DNA from: Macrostomum hystrix
Taxonomy: Eukaryota > Animalia > Platyhelminthes
Length of the DNA stretch: 64,000 nucleotides
Reading direction: 5' to 3'
NCBI GenBank assembly: GCA_950097015.1
Contig: CATNEN010000038.1
Location: 2,542,001 to 2,606,000 of the forward strand
The translations under genes were made by a program, and so were the position numbers. The notes under the pieces were generated by a model. The model was given only the letters and a program-made list of their open reading frames with translations, was not told the origin of the DNA and searched no databases. Positions 1 through 10,400 of this stretch are shown here, one piece after another. How positions within the stretch are numbered: the stretch's first letter is position 1; every line of letters begins with the position of its first letter.

Positions 1-2
1 CT

Positions 3-908
3 ACCAGGGAATCGTGCTTCGTCGTCTGGCCCGGCGATGCGGAATCGGGGCGGCGGCTCCTCGAGTTGCTGCCCACGCAGAGCTGGGCGGCTGGCCTCGA
101 GTTCCTACGGGAGAACGAGCCACCAAAGACCAAGCGACACCGTATCTTCGTCCCGGCGAAAAGTGTCGTCACCAGCGCTGAGGACCTCCGCAGAGGCCTC
201 ATCGCGATGAACCGGGAGCTGCCGACAGCGGGCCTGATCGTGCACCGCACGATCCTGCGCCCCGACGGCACCGGTTTCACCGCCATTCTGGGCCTGTCCG
301 AGCAATGGACACGCCGCTACCCAGATGGCGCCAACATTTGCATTGGTCTGTGGAAGACCAAAATCTTCGCCTTCGAGGCGGATAAAACCCGAGGTCAGAC
401 CGGGCCCACCACCGTACCGGCCAATGAAGGGTCCTCGGACCCCAAGGCTGGGACTGGGGGCAGGGCCCAGTCGTCCCGCCAAAAAAGGCCAGAGCGTGCC
501 ATCGCTGGCAGCTCTGAGCGTCGCCCCGCGCGTGTCACAAAGCGCCGGGGCCTTCTCCAGCGGGCCTCCGAGGTGGTGCGAACCGCCAAGATGGCCCAGC
601 TGCGCGCTGAGATGCGCGGTGGCCCACCGGGGCAGGCGCCGCAACCAAGGGCTACGGGGGAGGCCTCAGAGGTGCCCAGCTCCATCGAGCAGGGCCCTTC
701 GAGCGCCCCTCCCACGGCCCAGGGAGCGGTGTCGGCTCCAGCTGAGGGCGACTCTGGGCCTGGGCTCGGGGCCGGGGGCGGGGACTGGGCGGCTGACGCC
801 GTCGAGTTCCCGTCTCCGGCTCGGGGCCTGGGCACGGAGGAGCCCATGGCTACCGACATCGACCCGGAGGAGGAGGACCGCCTTCTGGCTGGGTCCCCCT
901 CCAAGTAG
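3..908 (+). CDS. Retrotransposon ORF1 (partial, open at window start); LOA-type, DUF4780-like
   Basis: Frame open from base 3 to TAG at 908. Segment RIFVP...LRRGLIAMNRELPTAGLIV...AILGL resembles LOA ORF1 (from memory), followed by a low-complexity tail; 12 nt before ORF2. Confidence 0.75.
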   Translation, partial: TRESCFVVWPGDAESGRRLLELLPTQSWAAGLEFLRENEPPKTKRHRIFVPAKSVVTSAEDLRRGLIAMNRELPTAGLIVHRTILRPDGTGFTAILGLSEQWTRRYPDGANICIGLWKTKIFAFEADKTRGQTGPTTVPANEGSSDPKAGTGGRAQSSRQKRPERAIAGSSERRPARVTKRRGLLQRASEVVRTAKMAQLRAEMRGGPPGQAPQPRATGEASEVPSSIEQGPSSAPPTAQGAVSAPAEGDSGPGLGAGGGDWAADAVEFPSPARGLGTEEPMATDIDPEEEDRLLAGSPSK

Positions 909-920
909 ACCTCTGCCTGC

Positions 921-3900
921 ATGATGATCCCCGGAATATCATGTCTGCAAGTTAACACCCAGCACTGCGTGGCAGCATCAGTCAATCTGATGCGCACGAC
1001 AGAGCGCATGATGCCGGGCCTTGTACTTGTGCAGGAGCCCTGGCTATCAAAGAACAAGCCAAGCAACATTCCTGCTGGCTATGACTGCTTCTGCATGGCA
1101 GACTCTGTCCGCCCTAGATCACTGATCTATGCCGCAAAAGCCTTAAATGCGTGGATGAGACCCGATCTCTCTAACGGGGACATCTGCGTCATCCAATCTG
1201 CACACATTGTGCCTAACAAGTTGACCCTCGTGGCATCCGCCTACCTGGCAGGCGACGCCCCCGTGGTTAGCGATACCCTCGTCGCCCTCTGTGAATTCGC
1301 CAGGGCACGAAACTTCGAGCTGCTCCTCGCGGGAGATGTAAACTCGCATCACACCCACTGGGGTAGCTCAAAAATCAATGACCGCGGCGAAGAGCTCCTG
1401 GCCTTCGTCAGCGGCACGCCTCTAAACTTCTGCAATGTGGGCAACACGCCCACTTTCGACAATGGGCGGTGGGCTGAGGTGCTTGACGTCACCCTGGCCT
1501 CACCCGGCATCCTCCCAAGGATGCTGGGGTGGGAGGTGTGGGAGACCGAAAGCTCGCTCTCGGACCACCGTTTCATCCGTTTCAACATCGGCACCCCCGA
1601 TAAGAAGCAAAAGCCTATTTGGAGGCGTAATGTCAGAAATACCGACTGGCCCGCGTTCAGCCAAAAGCTGCATGAGGGCCTTCGGGATTCTGACCCCTCC
1701 ATGGCCATGGAAACCACGCAGGACCTGGATGGAGTGGCTGCCCTGCTGGGCGGCGCCATCACAGAGGCCTACGAAATGGCTTGCCCGCTCAAAGCCTACA
1801 AAGGCAAAAAATCGGCCCCCTGGTGGAACCCCGAGCTCGGAGTCCTAAGACGCCGAGCTAAGGCTCTCCAGAGGAAGCTGAAAACCTCGCACGACCCTGA
1901 TGACAAAGAGGCCTATACTCGCGCCATCCATGAGTTTAAGGGCCGGGTCAGAAGGGCAAAAGCGGACAAGTGGCGACAATACTGCGAAGGGCTTGAGGGC
2001 TCGCGGCCCACGGCCCGCGTGGTAAAGGCGCTCACCAACGACCGCTTCTCCAAGCTCTCATCGATTAAAAAGCCGGACGGCTCGATCACTGAGCGCCCGG
2101 AGGAAACGCTCGAGCTTATGCTAGGGCATTTCTTCCCGAGTGTACCGGCGCACTTCGGCCCAGACGACCACTCGCGTGGAGGTCAGGGCCTGGCTCAGTC
2201 ACTCGTTACGAATGACCGCATCGTTCGCGCGGCTAAGTCATTCAATCCTTTTAAAGCACCTGGGCCAGATGGTATATATCCGGCCTTTCTGCATGAAGCG
2301 GTTAAAAATGGCCGCTTCCTCCATCTCCTCTGCAGACTTCTACGGGCCTGCATCGTGCTGGGCTACGTACCAGCGCGGTGGCATGAAGCCCGGGTCGTCT
2401 TCATCCCGAAGCCCGCCAAAGGCGACTATCGCTCGGTCAAGTCTTATCGCCCGATAAGCTTGACTTCCACCTGCCTCAAGCTCATGGAAAGACTGGTGCT
2501 CTGGCGCCTTCTTACTGTAGAGCTAGGGCGGGCCCCGCTCTCACCAAACCAGCACGCCTTTCGGGCGGGCCGGTCCACGGAGAGCGCCCTCCACTGCATT
2601 GTGGAGACTCTCGAGAAGGCAGTGCTGGGCAGCGGTTTTGCCCTGGCTGTTTTCCTTGATATTGAGGGGGCCTTCGATAACGTTATTTTCGAAGCCTTTG
2701 AGAAGGCCCTGGTTTCCAGGGCCACTCACCCCCACCTCGTCCGTTGGGTCATGTACATGATCCGGAATCGCCACGTGGTGGCCCACCTCGAAGGCAGAGT
2801 GCTCTCGGCACCTGTCCTAAAAGGAGGGCCCCAAGGTGGCGTCCTCACCCCACTGCTGTGGAATCTCGTCATGGATGAGCTGCTAAAAAGCACTCGGCCT
2901 GACCCAGTCCTGAAGGTGGGATATGCCGACGATGTGACCGCCATCTGCGCGGGCCCCTCGGCGGAAACCACCAGGGACCTCATTCAGGGCTTTATCAACA
3001 GGGCGGTGCGCTGGGCGGACCAATGCGGGCTCCGACTCTCTGAGTCCAAGACCGTTGCGGTTATGTTTACCAGCAGGCTGCGCTGGACCATTGAGCCTCT
3101 GACTCTCTATGGCAAGAATATTGCCATGGAAAAGCAGGTCCGGTGCCTTGGTATCCTGCTAGACCATAGGCTTAACTGGACCCCGCACATTACCACAAAG
3201 GCCAAGAGGGCCCTGGCCATTCTGGCGCAAGTCAGGCGAGCCGTGGGCACCACTTGGGGGCTTACCCCCAAAAACCTTTGGTGGATTTACACGGCGATCA
3301 TTAGACCGTCAGTCGCTTACGCTGGCCTCATCTGGGCCAGTGCCATGAGCATCCAGAAAAACCTGGAGGCGCTTTATAGGGTGCAGGGCAGAGCCTGTCG
3401 CATGACGCTGGGCGCCCCACCCTCCACTCCCTTTGAAGGCATGAACGCTTTCCTCAACGCTACACCCATTGACATTTTTGTTAAGGGGGAAGCGGCAAAG
3501 TCCACCCGTCGTCTCCTTGATGCGGGTGTATCCTTCCAGAATTCGCGAGCCTTCTCGAAGCGCTCCCTTCTGCCCCACTCTGACCTCTGCCTGAAAACTC
3601 TGGGCGAGTGCGGAGGGCTCACCATCCTTTCGGACGGGGCCCCGGCCACTTTACTCCGGAGCCACAGGTACAAAGTCAGCATCTTCCCTCGTAATGAGGT
3701 AAAGGACTGCTGGGATGACCCCGCAGTCCACTGTTACACTGACGGCTCCCTGATGAACGGTAAATCGGGATTCGGGGTGTGCGTCGCCTCGGGTGGCGAG
3801 GTCCTCTGGACCCACTCCCAACACTGTGGCAAGAGCTCAAGCGTTTTCCAAAACGAAATGCTCGCCATCAGTTTCTGTGCGGCTGAGCTGCGCCAGAGGC

Positions 3901-4625
3901 AGCTGGCTGGTCGGAGGATCTTTTTTCACTCCGACAGTCAAGCAGCCCTCAAGGCCCTCAGTCGCTGCACCTCTCGCTCCAGAACCACCTTGGACTGCAA
4001 CACCCAGTTAAACGGTTTGGCGCAGTCTAACAAGGTGGAGCTGATGTGGATCCCTGGGCACGCCGGGCTCACAGGGAATGAGATGGCGGACGAGCTTGCA
4101 AAGGCTGGAGCAGCCAGCTCCCTGATGGGCCCGGGCCCGGAATCCCCGATCCCCGCCTCCGTTGTCAACTCCAGCATCAACCACTGGATGGAGACCCAGC
4201 ACCGGAGGAGGTGGTCCAGCACCCTGAACTGTCGCCAGTCCAGGGCTGCGGTGCCAACCCCCTCTAGTAACCTGCGTAAGGCCTTACTCAGGCTAAACCG
4301 CAGAGACCTGAGAGCAGTCACCATGGCCCTTTCGGGACATGGCTGCTTCACCAGACACCGCTACCTCCAAGGCCACGTGCCTGAGGAAACGTGTCCTTTC
4401 TGCTGCTCCGGCCGTGAAAACGCCGAGCATTTCATTTGCCACTGCCCGGCCTTCACCCGGGCTAGGCTAAAACACCTCGGGCCGGCACCGACTCTTGCCG
4501 AAGCCTGCTCGCCCGAGAACATCCCTCAGCTCGCCCACTTCCTCCGGGATACCGGCCGAGCTGATTTCTTCCCAGCCTATGGCGAGGAAGATCGCGCGGC
4601 GGAACCGACCGACGGACCACCCTGA
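921..4625 (+). CDS. ORF2 polyprotein: AP endonuclease, reverse transcriptase, RNase H, CCHC zinc knuckle
   Basis: APE: LVQEPW, GDVNSHH..WGS, DVTL, SDH. RT: [39 protein letters not shown]. RNase H: [26 protein letters not shown]. Zinc knuckle: CPFC..EHFICHC. 1234 aa, uninterrupted. Confidence 0.97.
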   Translation: MMIPGISCLQVNTQHCVAASVNLMRTTERMMPGLVLVQEPWLSKNKPSNIPAGYDCFCMADSVRPRSLIYAAKALNAWMRPDLSNGDICVIQSAHIVPNKLTLVASAYLAGDAPVVSDTLVALCEFARARNFELLLAGDVNSHHTHWGSSKINDRGEELLAFVSGTPLNFCNVGNTPTFDNGRWAEVLDVTLASPGILPRMLGWEVWETESSLSDHRFIRFNIGTPDKKQKPIWRRNVRNTDWPAFSQKLHEGLRDSDPSMAMETTQDLDGVAALLGGAITEAYEMACPLKAYKGKKSAPWWNPELGVLRRRAKALQRKLKTSHDPDDKEAYTRAIHEFKGRVRRAKADKWRQYCEGLEGSRPTARVVKALTNDRFSKLSSIKKPDGSITERPEETLELMLGHFFPSVPAHFGPDDHSRGGQGLAQSLVTNDRIVRAAKSFNPFKAPGPDGIYPAFLHEAVKNGRFLHLLCRLLRACIVLGYVPARWHEARVVFIPKPAKGDYRSVKSYRPISLTSTCLKLMERLVLWRLLTVELGRAPLSPNQHAFRAGRSTESALHCIVETLEKAVLGSGFALAVFLDIEGAFDNVIFEAFEKALVSRATHPHLVRWVMYMIRNRHVVAHLEGRVLSAPVLKGGPQGGVLTPLLWNLVMDELLKSTRPDPVLKVGYADDVTAICAGPSAETTRDLIQGFINRAVRWADQCGLRLSESKTVAVMFTSRLRWTIEPLTLYGKNIAMEKQVRCLGILLDHRLNWTPHITTKAKRALAILAQVRRAVGTTWGLTPKNLWWIYTAIIRPSVAYAGLIWASAMSIQKNLEALYRVQGRACRMTLGAPPSTPFEGMNAFLNATPIDIFVKGEAAKSTRRLLDAGVSFQNSRAFSKRSLLPHSDLCLKTLGECGGLTILSDGAPATLLRSHRYKVSIFPRNEVKDCWDDPAVHCYTDGSLMNGKSGFGVCVASGGEVLWTHSQHCGKSSSVFQNEMLAISFCAAELRQRQLAGRRIFFHSDSQAALKALSRCTSRSRTTLDCNTQLNGLAQSNKVELMWIPGHAGLTGNEMADELAKAGAASSLMGPGPESPIPASVVNSSINHWMETQHRRRWSSTLNCRQSRAAVPTPSSNLRKALLRLNRRDLRAVTMALSGHGCFTRHRYLQGHVPEETCPFCCSGRENAEHFICHCPAFTRARLKHLGPAPTLAEACSPENIPQLAHFLRDTGRADFFPAYGEEDRAAEPTDGPP

Positions 4626-4812
4626 GCGGCACCGCCTCGCTGGAGGCCGTCTGGCTGCCAGGGGTTAGCGATATGGGCGGCAACAGCCGCCTCCTCGCTG
4701 CGTCCGTCATGGAGGCCCCCTGCCGCTAAGTCAAGCACTCATTAGCTTTGGCTGCCATGCACCATGATAAACCAACTGAAATCTGACACAGTTGCCCCAA
4801 CCGACTTCTCAC

Positions 4813-6565
4813 CATCAGTTCCAGGGCATCCCGGTCTTCGCAGTCCTCAGTGTGGCGCAGAATTTCCTGCAACAGCAGGCCGTACTTTGTTAGCCGCTGG
4901 AAGGGCATTGTCAGCAGCGACTTCAGCTGTAGGTCCATCGACCCGTCGCCGGAGCTGTAGTTCTTAGCGCTTGACTTCTGTGCCCACTGGATGCGATGAT
5001 CGTGATTAAGTTTCACAATTATGTCATTCACCTTTACAATTCAAAAGAAAATTGTTTACCTTGACGAAATCGTTAAAGGCCTCATTTTTCTCTAGTTGCC
5101 GCAGGTAGTCCTTACTCTCATTGATGCGCAAGCAGAAAGCCAACCCTGGCTCGAAGATCTCTTTGAAGTGCACAAATCCATCGGCGAAATCTCTCGGCCT
5201 GACGGGACCACCGGATGCGGCAGCTCGCTCCAACGCTGGTCTCAGGTGACGCATCCACAGCTCGCAATGTGAGCCCAGCACCGCAGCAATGTCCGGGAAC
5301 AGAGAGTCCGTGTTCACATCAAGCAGTAGGCTGGCGCTGGACTGCAGGTAATGAATCACCGTGATATAGGTCTGAAATATCCGAAGGAATTTGCACAGAA
5401 TATATTTTTACTGCTATGGGACTTGCGTACTTGCGTACTAAAGCACTTGCGTACTAAAGTACTTGCGTACTAAAGCACTTGCGTACTAAAGTACTGGCGT
5501 ACTAAAGTACTTGCGTACTAAAGCACTTGCGTACTAAGTACTTGCGTACTAAAGCACTTGCGTACTTAAGTACTGGCGTACTAAAGTACTTGCGTACTAA
5601 AGCACTTGCGTACTAAAGTACTTGCGTACTAAAGCACTTGCGTACTAAAGTACTTGCGTACTAAAGCACTTGCGTACTAAAGTACTTGCGTACTAAAGTG
5701 ACTAAGAAATGATTGCTGATTGTCCTTACTTCAATAATTGTCTTGAGATGTCTGAGAATGTTCAGCTCGGTCTGGCATAGTTCCCAAATTGCCGCTTGTT
5801 GGCGCACCGCCTTGCCAGTTATGGGAATCTAAATGAATTTTAGATTAGATTACATTAGATTGCTGACATAATAAGGGTACACTGGAATGTTGAAAGAAAC
5901 TTGTGAATTTGTTGAGTAACTGAAAACTGAGAATGTAACTGATCGACACTTCATGTATTAAGGTGCGCACAAGTATAAGCGAGGCTTAGGAGATTAATCC
6001 CGTAATAACCGGGTGAGGTAAGAAGAGAAGGTGGCCTTGTAAAGCCGGTTTGCATATTGAGTGGATTTTGTGTTATATTGACCAAATTTAGTGAGGATTT
6101 CGTTTGAATACTGGCTACTGAAAGAGTAAGTTGAGTAAAGGAGATGGTAAGGAAGATTGCAAATGCGAAAGAAGAGGAAGGGAGGGTGGGAGAAAAGAGA
6201 AATAGGAAAAGGGAGAACAGGAAAAGAGGGATAAGGTTAGGTGGGTGCGGAAGAGAAAATAAGAAAGAAGTGGGAAGAGGGAAAATGAAGGAGAGATAGG
6301 GGATTTCAGAAGGAGGAGTGGACGAATAGAGGCGAAGTAAGAAGAGAAGAGAGAAATAATGAAATATAGGGGTGGAGAGCAAAGGGTGAGGGTATCGAGG
6401 AGAAGAGGAGAGGCCAAATCCCAAAGCAGGTCAACCTTGTCAGTCTGAGTCCAAGCTCCGGGTGCCAAATCGGCGCAGATCTCGCTGAGCTGGTCATTGT
6501 TGTGCTTCGGCATGCCGTCCTCATCGCACTGGGTCAGGTAGTCGTGCAGTTTCTCTCGATTATCC
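4813..6565 (-). CDS. RhoGEF (DH domain), PLEKHG5/6/7-like. Exons ~6565-6436, 5828-5730, 5371-5060, 4986-4813; 3' exons lie beyond the window start
   Basis: Phase-0 GT-AG joins give ...QQAAIWELCQTELNILRHLKTIIE|TYITVIHYL...LFPDI...FNDFVK|WAQK...LQLKSLLTMPFQRLTKYGLLLQEIL, which are DH-domain motifs. Confidence 0.88.
5420..5698. repeat. Intronic 16-bp minisatellite AAG(T/C)ACTTGCGTACTA
   Basis: Direct tandem repeats filling most of a RhoGEF intron. Confidence 0.95.
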
Positions 6566-6642
6566 TGCAGCTGTGCGGTTTTTGTGTGGTTTGGGATTAT
6601 TGCGATCGGGATTTGAACAAATCCAATGAACATTTTAACTAA

Positions 6643-7287
6643 AAGTACTAGCGTACTGAAGTACTAGCGTACTGAAGTACTAGCGTACTGAAGTACTAGC
6701 GTACTGAAGTACTAGCGTACTGAAGTACTAGCGTACTGAAGTACTAGCGTACTGAAGTACTAGCGTACTGAAGTACTAGCGTACTGAAGTACTAGCGTAC
6801 TGAAGTACTAGCGTACTGAAGTACTAGCGTACTGAAGTACTAGCGTACTGAAGTACTAGCGTACTGAAGTACTAGCGTACTGAAGTACTAGCGTACTGAA
6901 GTACTAGCGTACTGAAGTACTAGCGTACTGAAGTACTAGCGTACTGAAGTACTAGCGTACTGAAGTACTAGCGTAATGAAGTACTAGCGTACTGAAGTAA
7001 TAGCGTACTGAAGTACTAGCGTAATAAAGTACTAGCGTACTAAAGTACTAGCGTACTAAAGTACTAGCGTACTAAAGTAGCAGCGTACTAAAGTAGCAGC
7101 GTACTAAAGTACTAGCGTACTAAAGTACTAGCGTACTAAAGTACTAGCGTACTAAAGTACTAGCGTACTAAAGTACTTGCGTACTAAAGTACTTGCGTAC
7201 TAAAGTACTTGCGTACTAAAGTAACTTGCATACTAAAGTACTAGCGTACTAAAGTAACTTGCATACTAAAGTACTAGCGTACTAAAG
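6643..7287. repeat. Intronic 16-bp minisatellite AAGTACTAGCGTACT(G/A)
   Basis: About 40 tandem units, related to the 5420 array. Confidence 0.95.
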
Positions 7288-7465
7288 TTCTCGAGAAAAT
7301 AATTTAACGATCGTGCCTCAGCAAAGAGTACAAAGAGTACAAAGCAAAAAAATCAAGGCAAAAAGAGCAATAAAATAAAAAAATCTTGTTTTATCGGCCG
7401 CTCGGTTACACAGACAATCTTGAAGGAGCAACAGAGCCGGTCACACCTTAACTGGCCGAACTCAC

Positions 7466-10400
7466 CGGAGCCGCCGGTAGAGTGCACTGGAACCGGCGGG
7501 CGGCTTTAAGGTTTCATAGAAACGCGTCCGACTTTTCCCTCTGGATATCGCTAATGAGGCCAAGATTTTCCAAGGACCTTCACCGCTGCTGATTCGCCCC
7601 GCTGAAAGGCACGAGCGCAGCCGCCTTGTCTAGGCGCAGTGTTCTGCTCGGCACACTGACCCGACTGTTTGTTGATGCAATCGGTGTTTTGACAGCTGTT
7701 TTTATTGCCTTCTGTTCTTTTTGTTTTCTGCTCTTTCATACCAGTTACTAACTCCTTCCTACCCATTAATCCGTCACTCGGTTAACCAGTCACTCGATTA
7801 GTGCACACGATTATACTAAGCAGAGAATCTAAAAGCTTGAGCATAGCCGCACTGGCTTAGAGGTGGTGAATAAGAGGTGTGTTCGGTGTGCAGCGAGCTG
7901 TTTGTGTTTTTTATCAGCTCTATTTGTTACATTAAAAAAAATAATTAGATTTATTTTTTCTATGAGACACGCTCTATTATATTGCAGTTTTTCATTTGTG
8001 AGACAATTCTCTGTTCATTTCCTCAAATCTCGGCAAGGGGGGCGTTTTTACTGCATTACCTTCCGTCAACAGACAATAAGAAGGTGGATTTTGAAGGTTG
8101 AAGGTGTTGGAGAGTTCTACTCAGCTCTAATACCTAAGCTCTCTGTAAGAACACATTCTGTTAAAAATGGGTGGCGTTAGCAACTAACCGATATGTAACG
8201 AAATATATATATCGATTTTACACAGTAAATAATTGAAGAAGTCTGGAAGTTTTTCTTGACCGAAGACCCTGTGCTGGTATGTCTAGTGAGTCTACTGCGT
8301 AAAAGGAAGGTGCCTGGCTGTGTGCACCTCGATTGATCTATTTTTAGCACATCTTGAAAATCACCCCCTCACGTGACAGCCTTCCAGCCAATGAGAGCTC
8401 GAGACCTTTAAGCACGCTAAGGTTGCATGTTTTTTATGGCAAACCCCGCCTCAGTCCCACACAGTCAGTTTTCTTTGATTGCTTGAAAAGTAAATCTGCG
8501 TAAAGTCGTTTGGCTTGCAACAGTACAACTGTTGTTAGGAGTTAGACCAGTTTTCAGTTCGCAATACATTATAATTGCCTTTTCACAGCGTCTTTAGATG
8601 TCAATTGTATCAAAAGATCTTCTCAAATCTTAGTAGCGACATTGTAGCGACAAAATTAGTGACTGCTGTATATTGAGAAACTACTTATACTGTACTACTA
8701 TGATCCTGCTATGCAGCTTTGAGCAGACAGGGAAACCAAGGCCTCCTTTTCAGTTCTTTCACAAAGGCTTTCTTATTATTGTATGCCTGCAGAAAGCGTC
8801 ACAGCAAATTTTCTGTTCCAACTTCTTTAATTATCAGCTTTTCTGCTTCTTTTTATCTTAAAACTTTTTCCACTGAAACTAATGCCACGCGATATTTCTG
8901 GGGATAAGAGCTACTGTCCTTTGTCGACTTCATGTCTGGAATACTTTTTTAAAGTTAGTCTGAGACCTTTAATTATCGAATATTTTTCATTCTGTTGTTT
9001 ACCGATGAGTTGTCGTATTTTTTACACTTCGTTTCCTGGTGAAAAGCAACTTTGAATTTGAAGGTGCATACCGATTGTGTCAATAACTTAACAATGCATT
9101 TAATACCTGAAATTTTATAACTAAGGCATTGCTTTTCGATGTTTTATTCAATCAGGTATCGATCTATTGGATCCTCTGAGTAAATATTCTGACCTATTAG
9201 ATACCGATCTATTGGTTCTGGTATATCTATATCGATCTATTGAATTCTGATCTACTGTATACAGATCTATCGGATACTGATATATCGGCCACTGACCTAT
9301 TGGACACTGATCTATTGGACACTGATCTATTGGACACTGATCTATTGGACATTGATCTATTGGACACTGGTCTATTGGACACTGGTCTATTGGACACTGG
9401 TCTAATTGATACTGATCTATTGGACACTAATCTATTGGATACTGATCTATTGGATATTGATCTTTTGGACATTGATCTATTGGACACTGATCTATGGTAT
9501 ACTATTTTTTAAATACTGAAAAATTAAAAGGCCGCTGGCTCTTAAGAAGCTGTTTACTTGTTCAGAATTAGCAAAGCTGTCTACATCCGCAGTCTTAATT
9601 TGGGTGTCATTTAGGTTAATTTTAATACGAAAAGTGGATTCTTAAGGTAGCAATTAGATCGGTGATTGACAAGGCCCAAAGCAACTACCTCCGAATTGTC
9701 GCTCGACTCCTTCGGGCCGGGGAACAGCAGAGTGAAGGAGTTGCGCCTCGGCTTGCAGCTTGACGGCGGCTTCAGGCCGCCAGATGACATCTTGGGACTG
9801 GAGCCGACTGTGATGATCTGGGGGTGGGTGTGGGGCATCAGACATTTGCTGCCCAATTGATCAATAGATTTATTCTGCCCATGATTTAATTAATCAAGCG
9901 ACTCTAATCCACCGTCAAAATTAAATCATCAGTTGAGTAGACCCGCAGCCAGCGATGAGGCAATTCTGCTCATTTCGCTGACTCCTGACTACACACGCAC
10001 ACAGATACTGTACGCAGGCACACGCTCACACAGGTGTGTACATCTGCCCTGACTTTCTAATCGTCAGGCAGTTCAACACTCTCACTGTGACTTGGAGGTT
10101 GGCCCTGAAGGGCGTAAATTGCACGACAAGCCCCCAAGCCTTCTCTCCGCGGCTGCGCCCCAAATGAATGTGGCCTCGCCGCGGAATCGAACTTAGGGGC
10201 CTCGGCGCGAGAGGCAAACGCGTTAGCCGCTCTGCCACCGACCCCTAAAAATAAATCACCAAACTGATTATAAAAAAATTATTATTGATCGCTGAATCAA
10301 AAAACCGTTCAATTAACTTATCAATCAATTAATTAATCAGTTTGATAAATAACCAATTAATCAATCAGGCAGCGAATAATTCCTTGATTTAATATCATAA

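Larger units (their letters stand above)
1..4735 (+). mobile_element. Non-LTR retrotransposon (LOA/R1 group with RNase H); 5' end outside window; antisense in a RhoGEF intron
   Basis: Two tandem ORFs, a ~105-nt structured 3' UTR ending in TAAGTCAAG, GC-rich and intronless. Ends ~75 bp from the RhoGEF splice donor at 4812-4811. Confidence 0.93.

Noticed and set aside
105-4351. Antisense and alternate-frame ORFs over the LINE, and similar ones over ATP beta and dynein exons
   Set aside because: Shadow ORFs of GC-rich coding sequence.
5951-6424. Hydrophobic 157-aa ORF
   Set aside because: Translation of an intronic purine/pyrimidine-skewed low-complexity tract.
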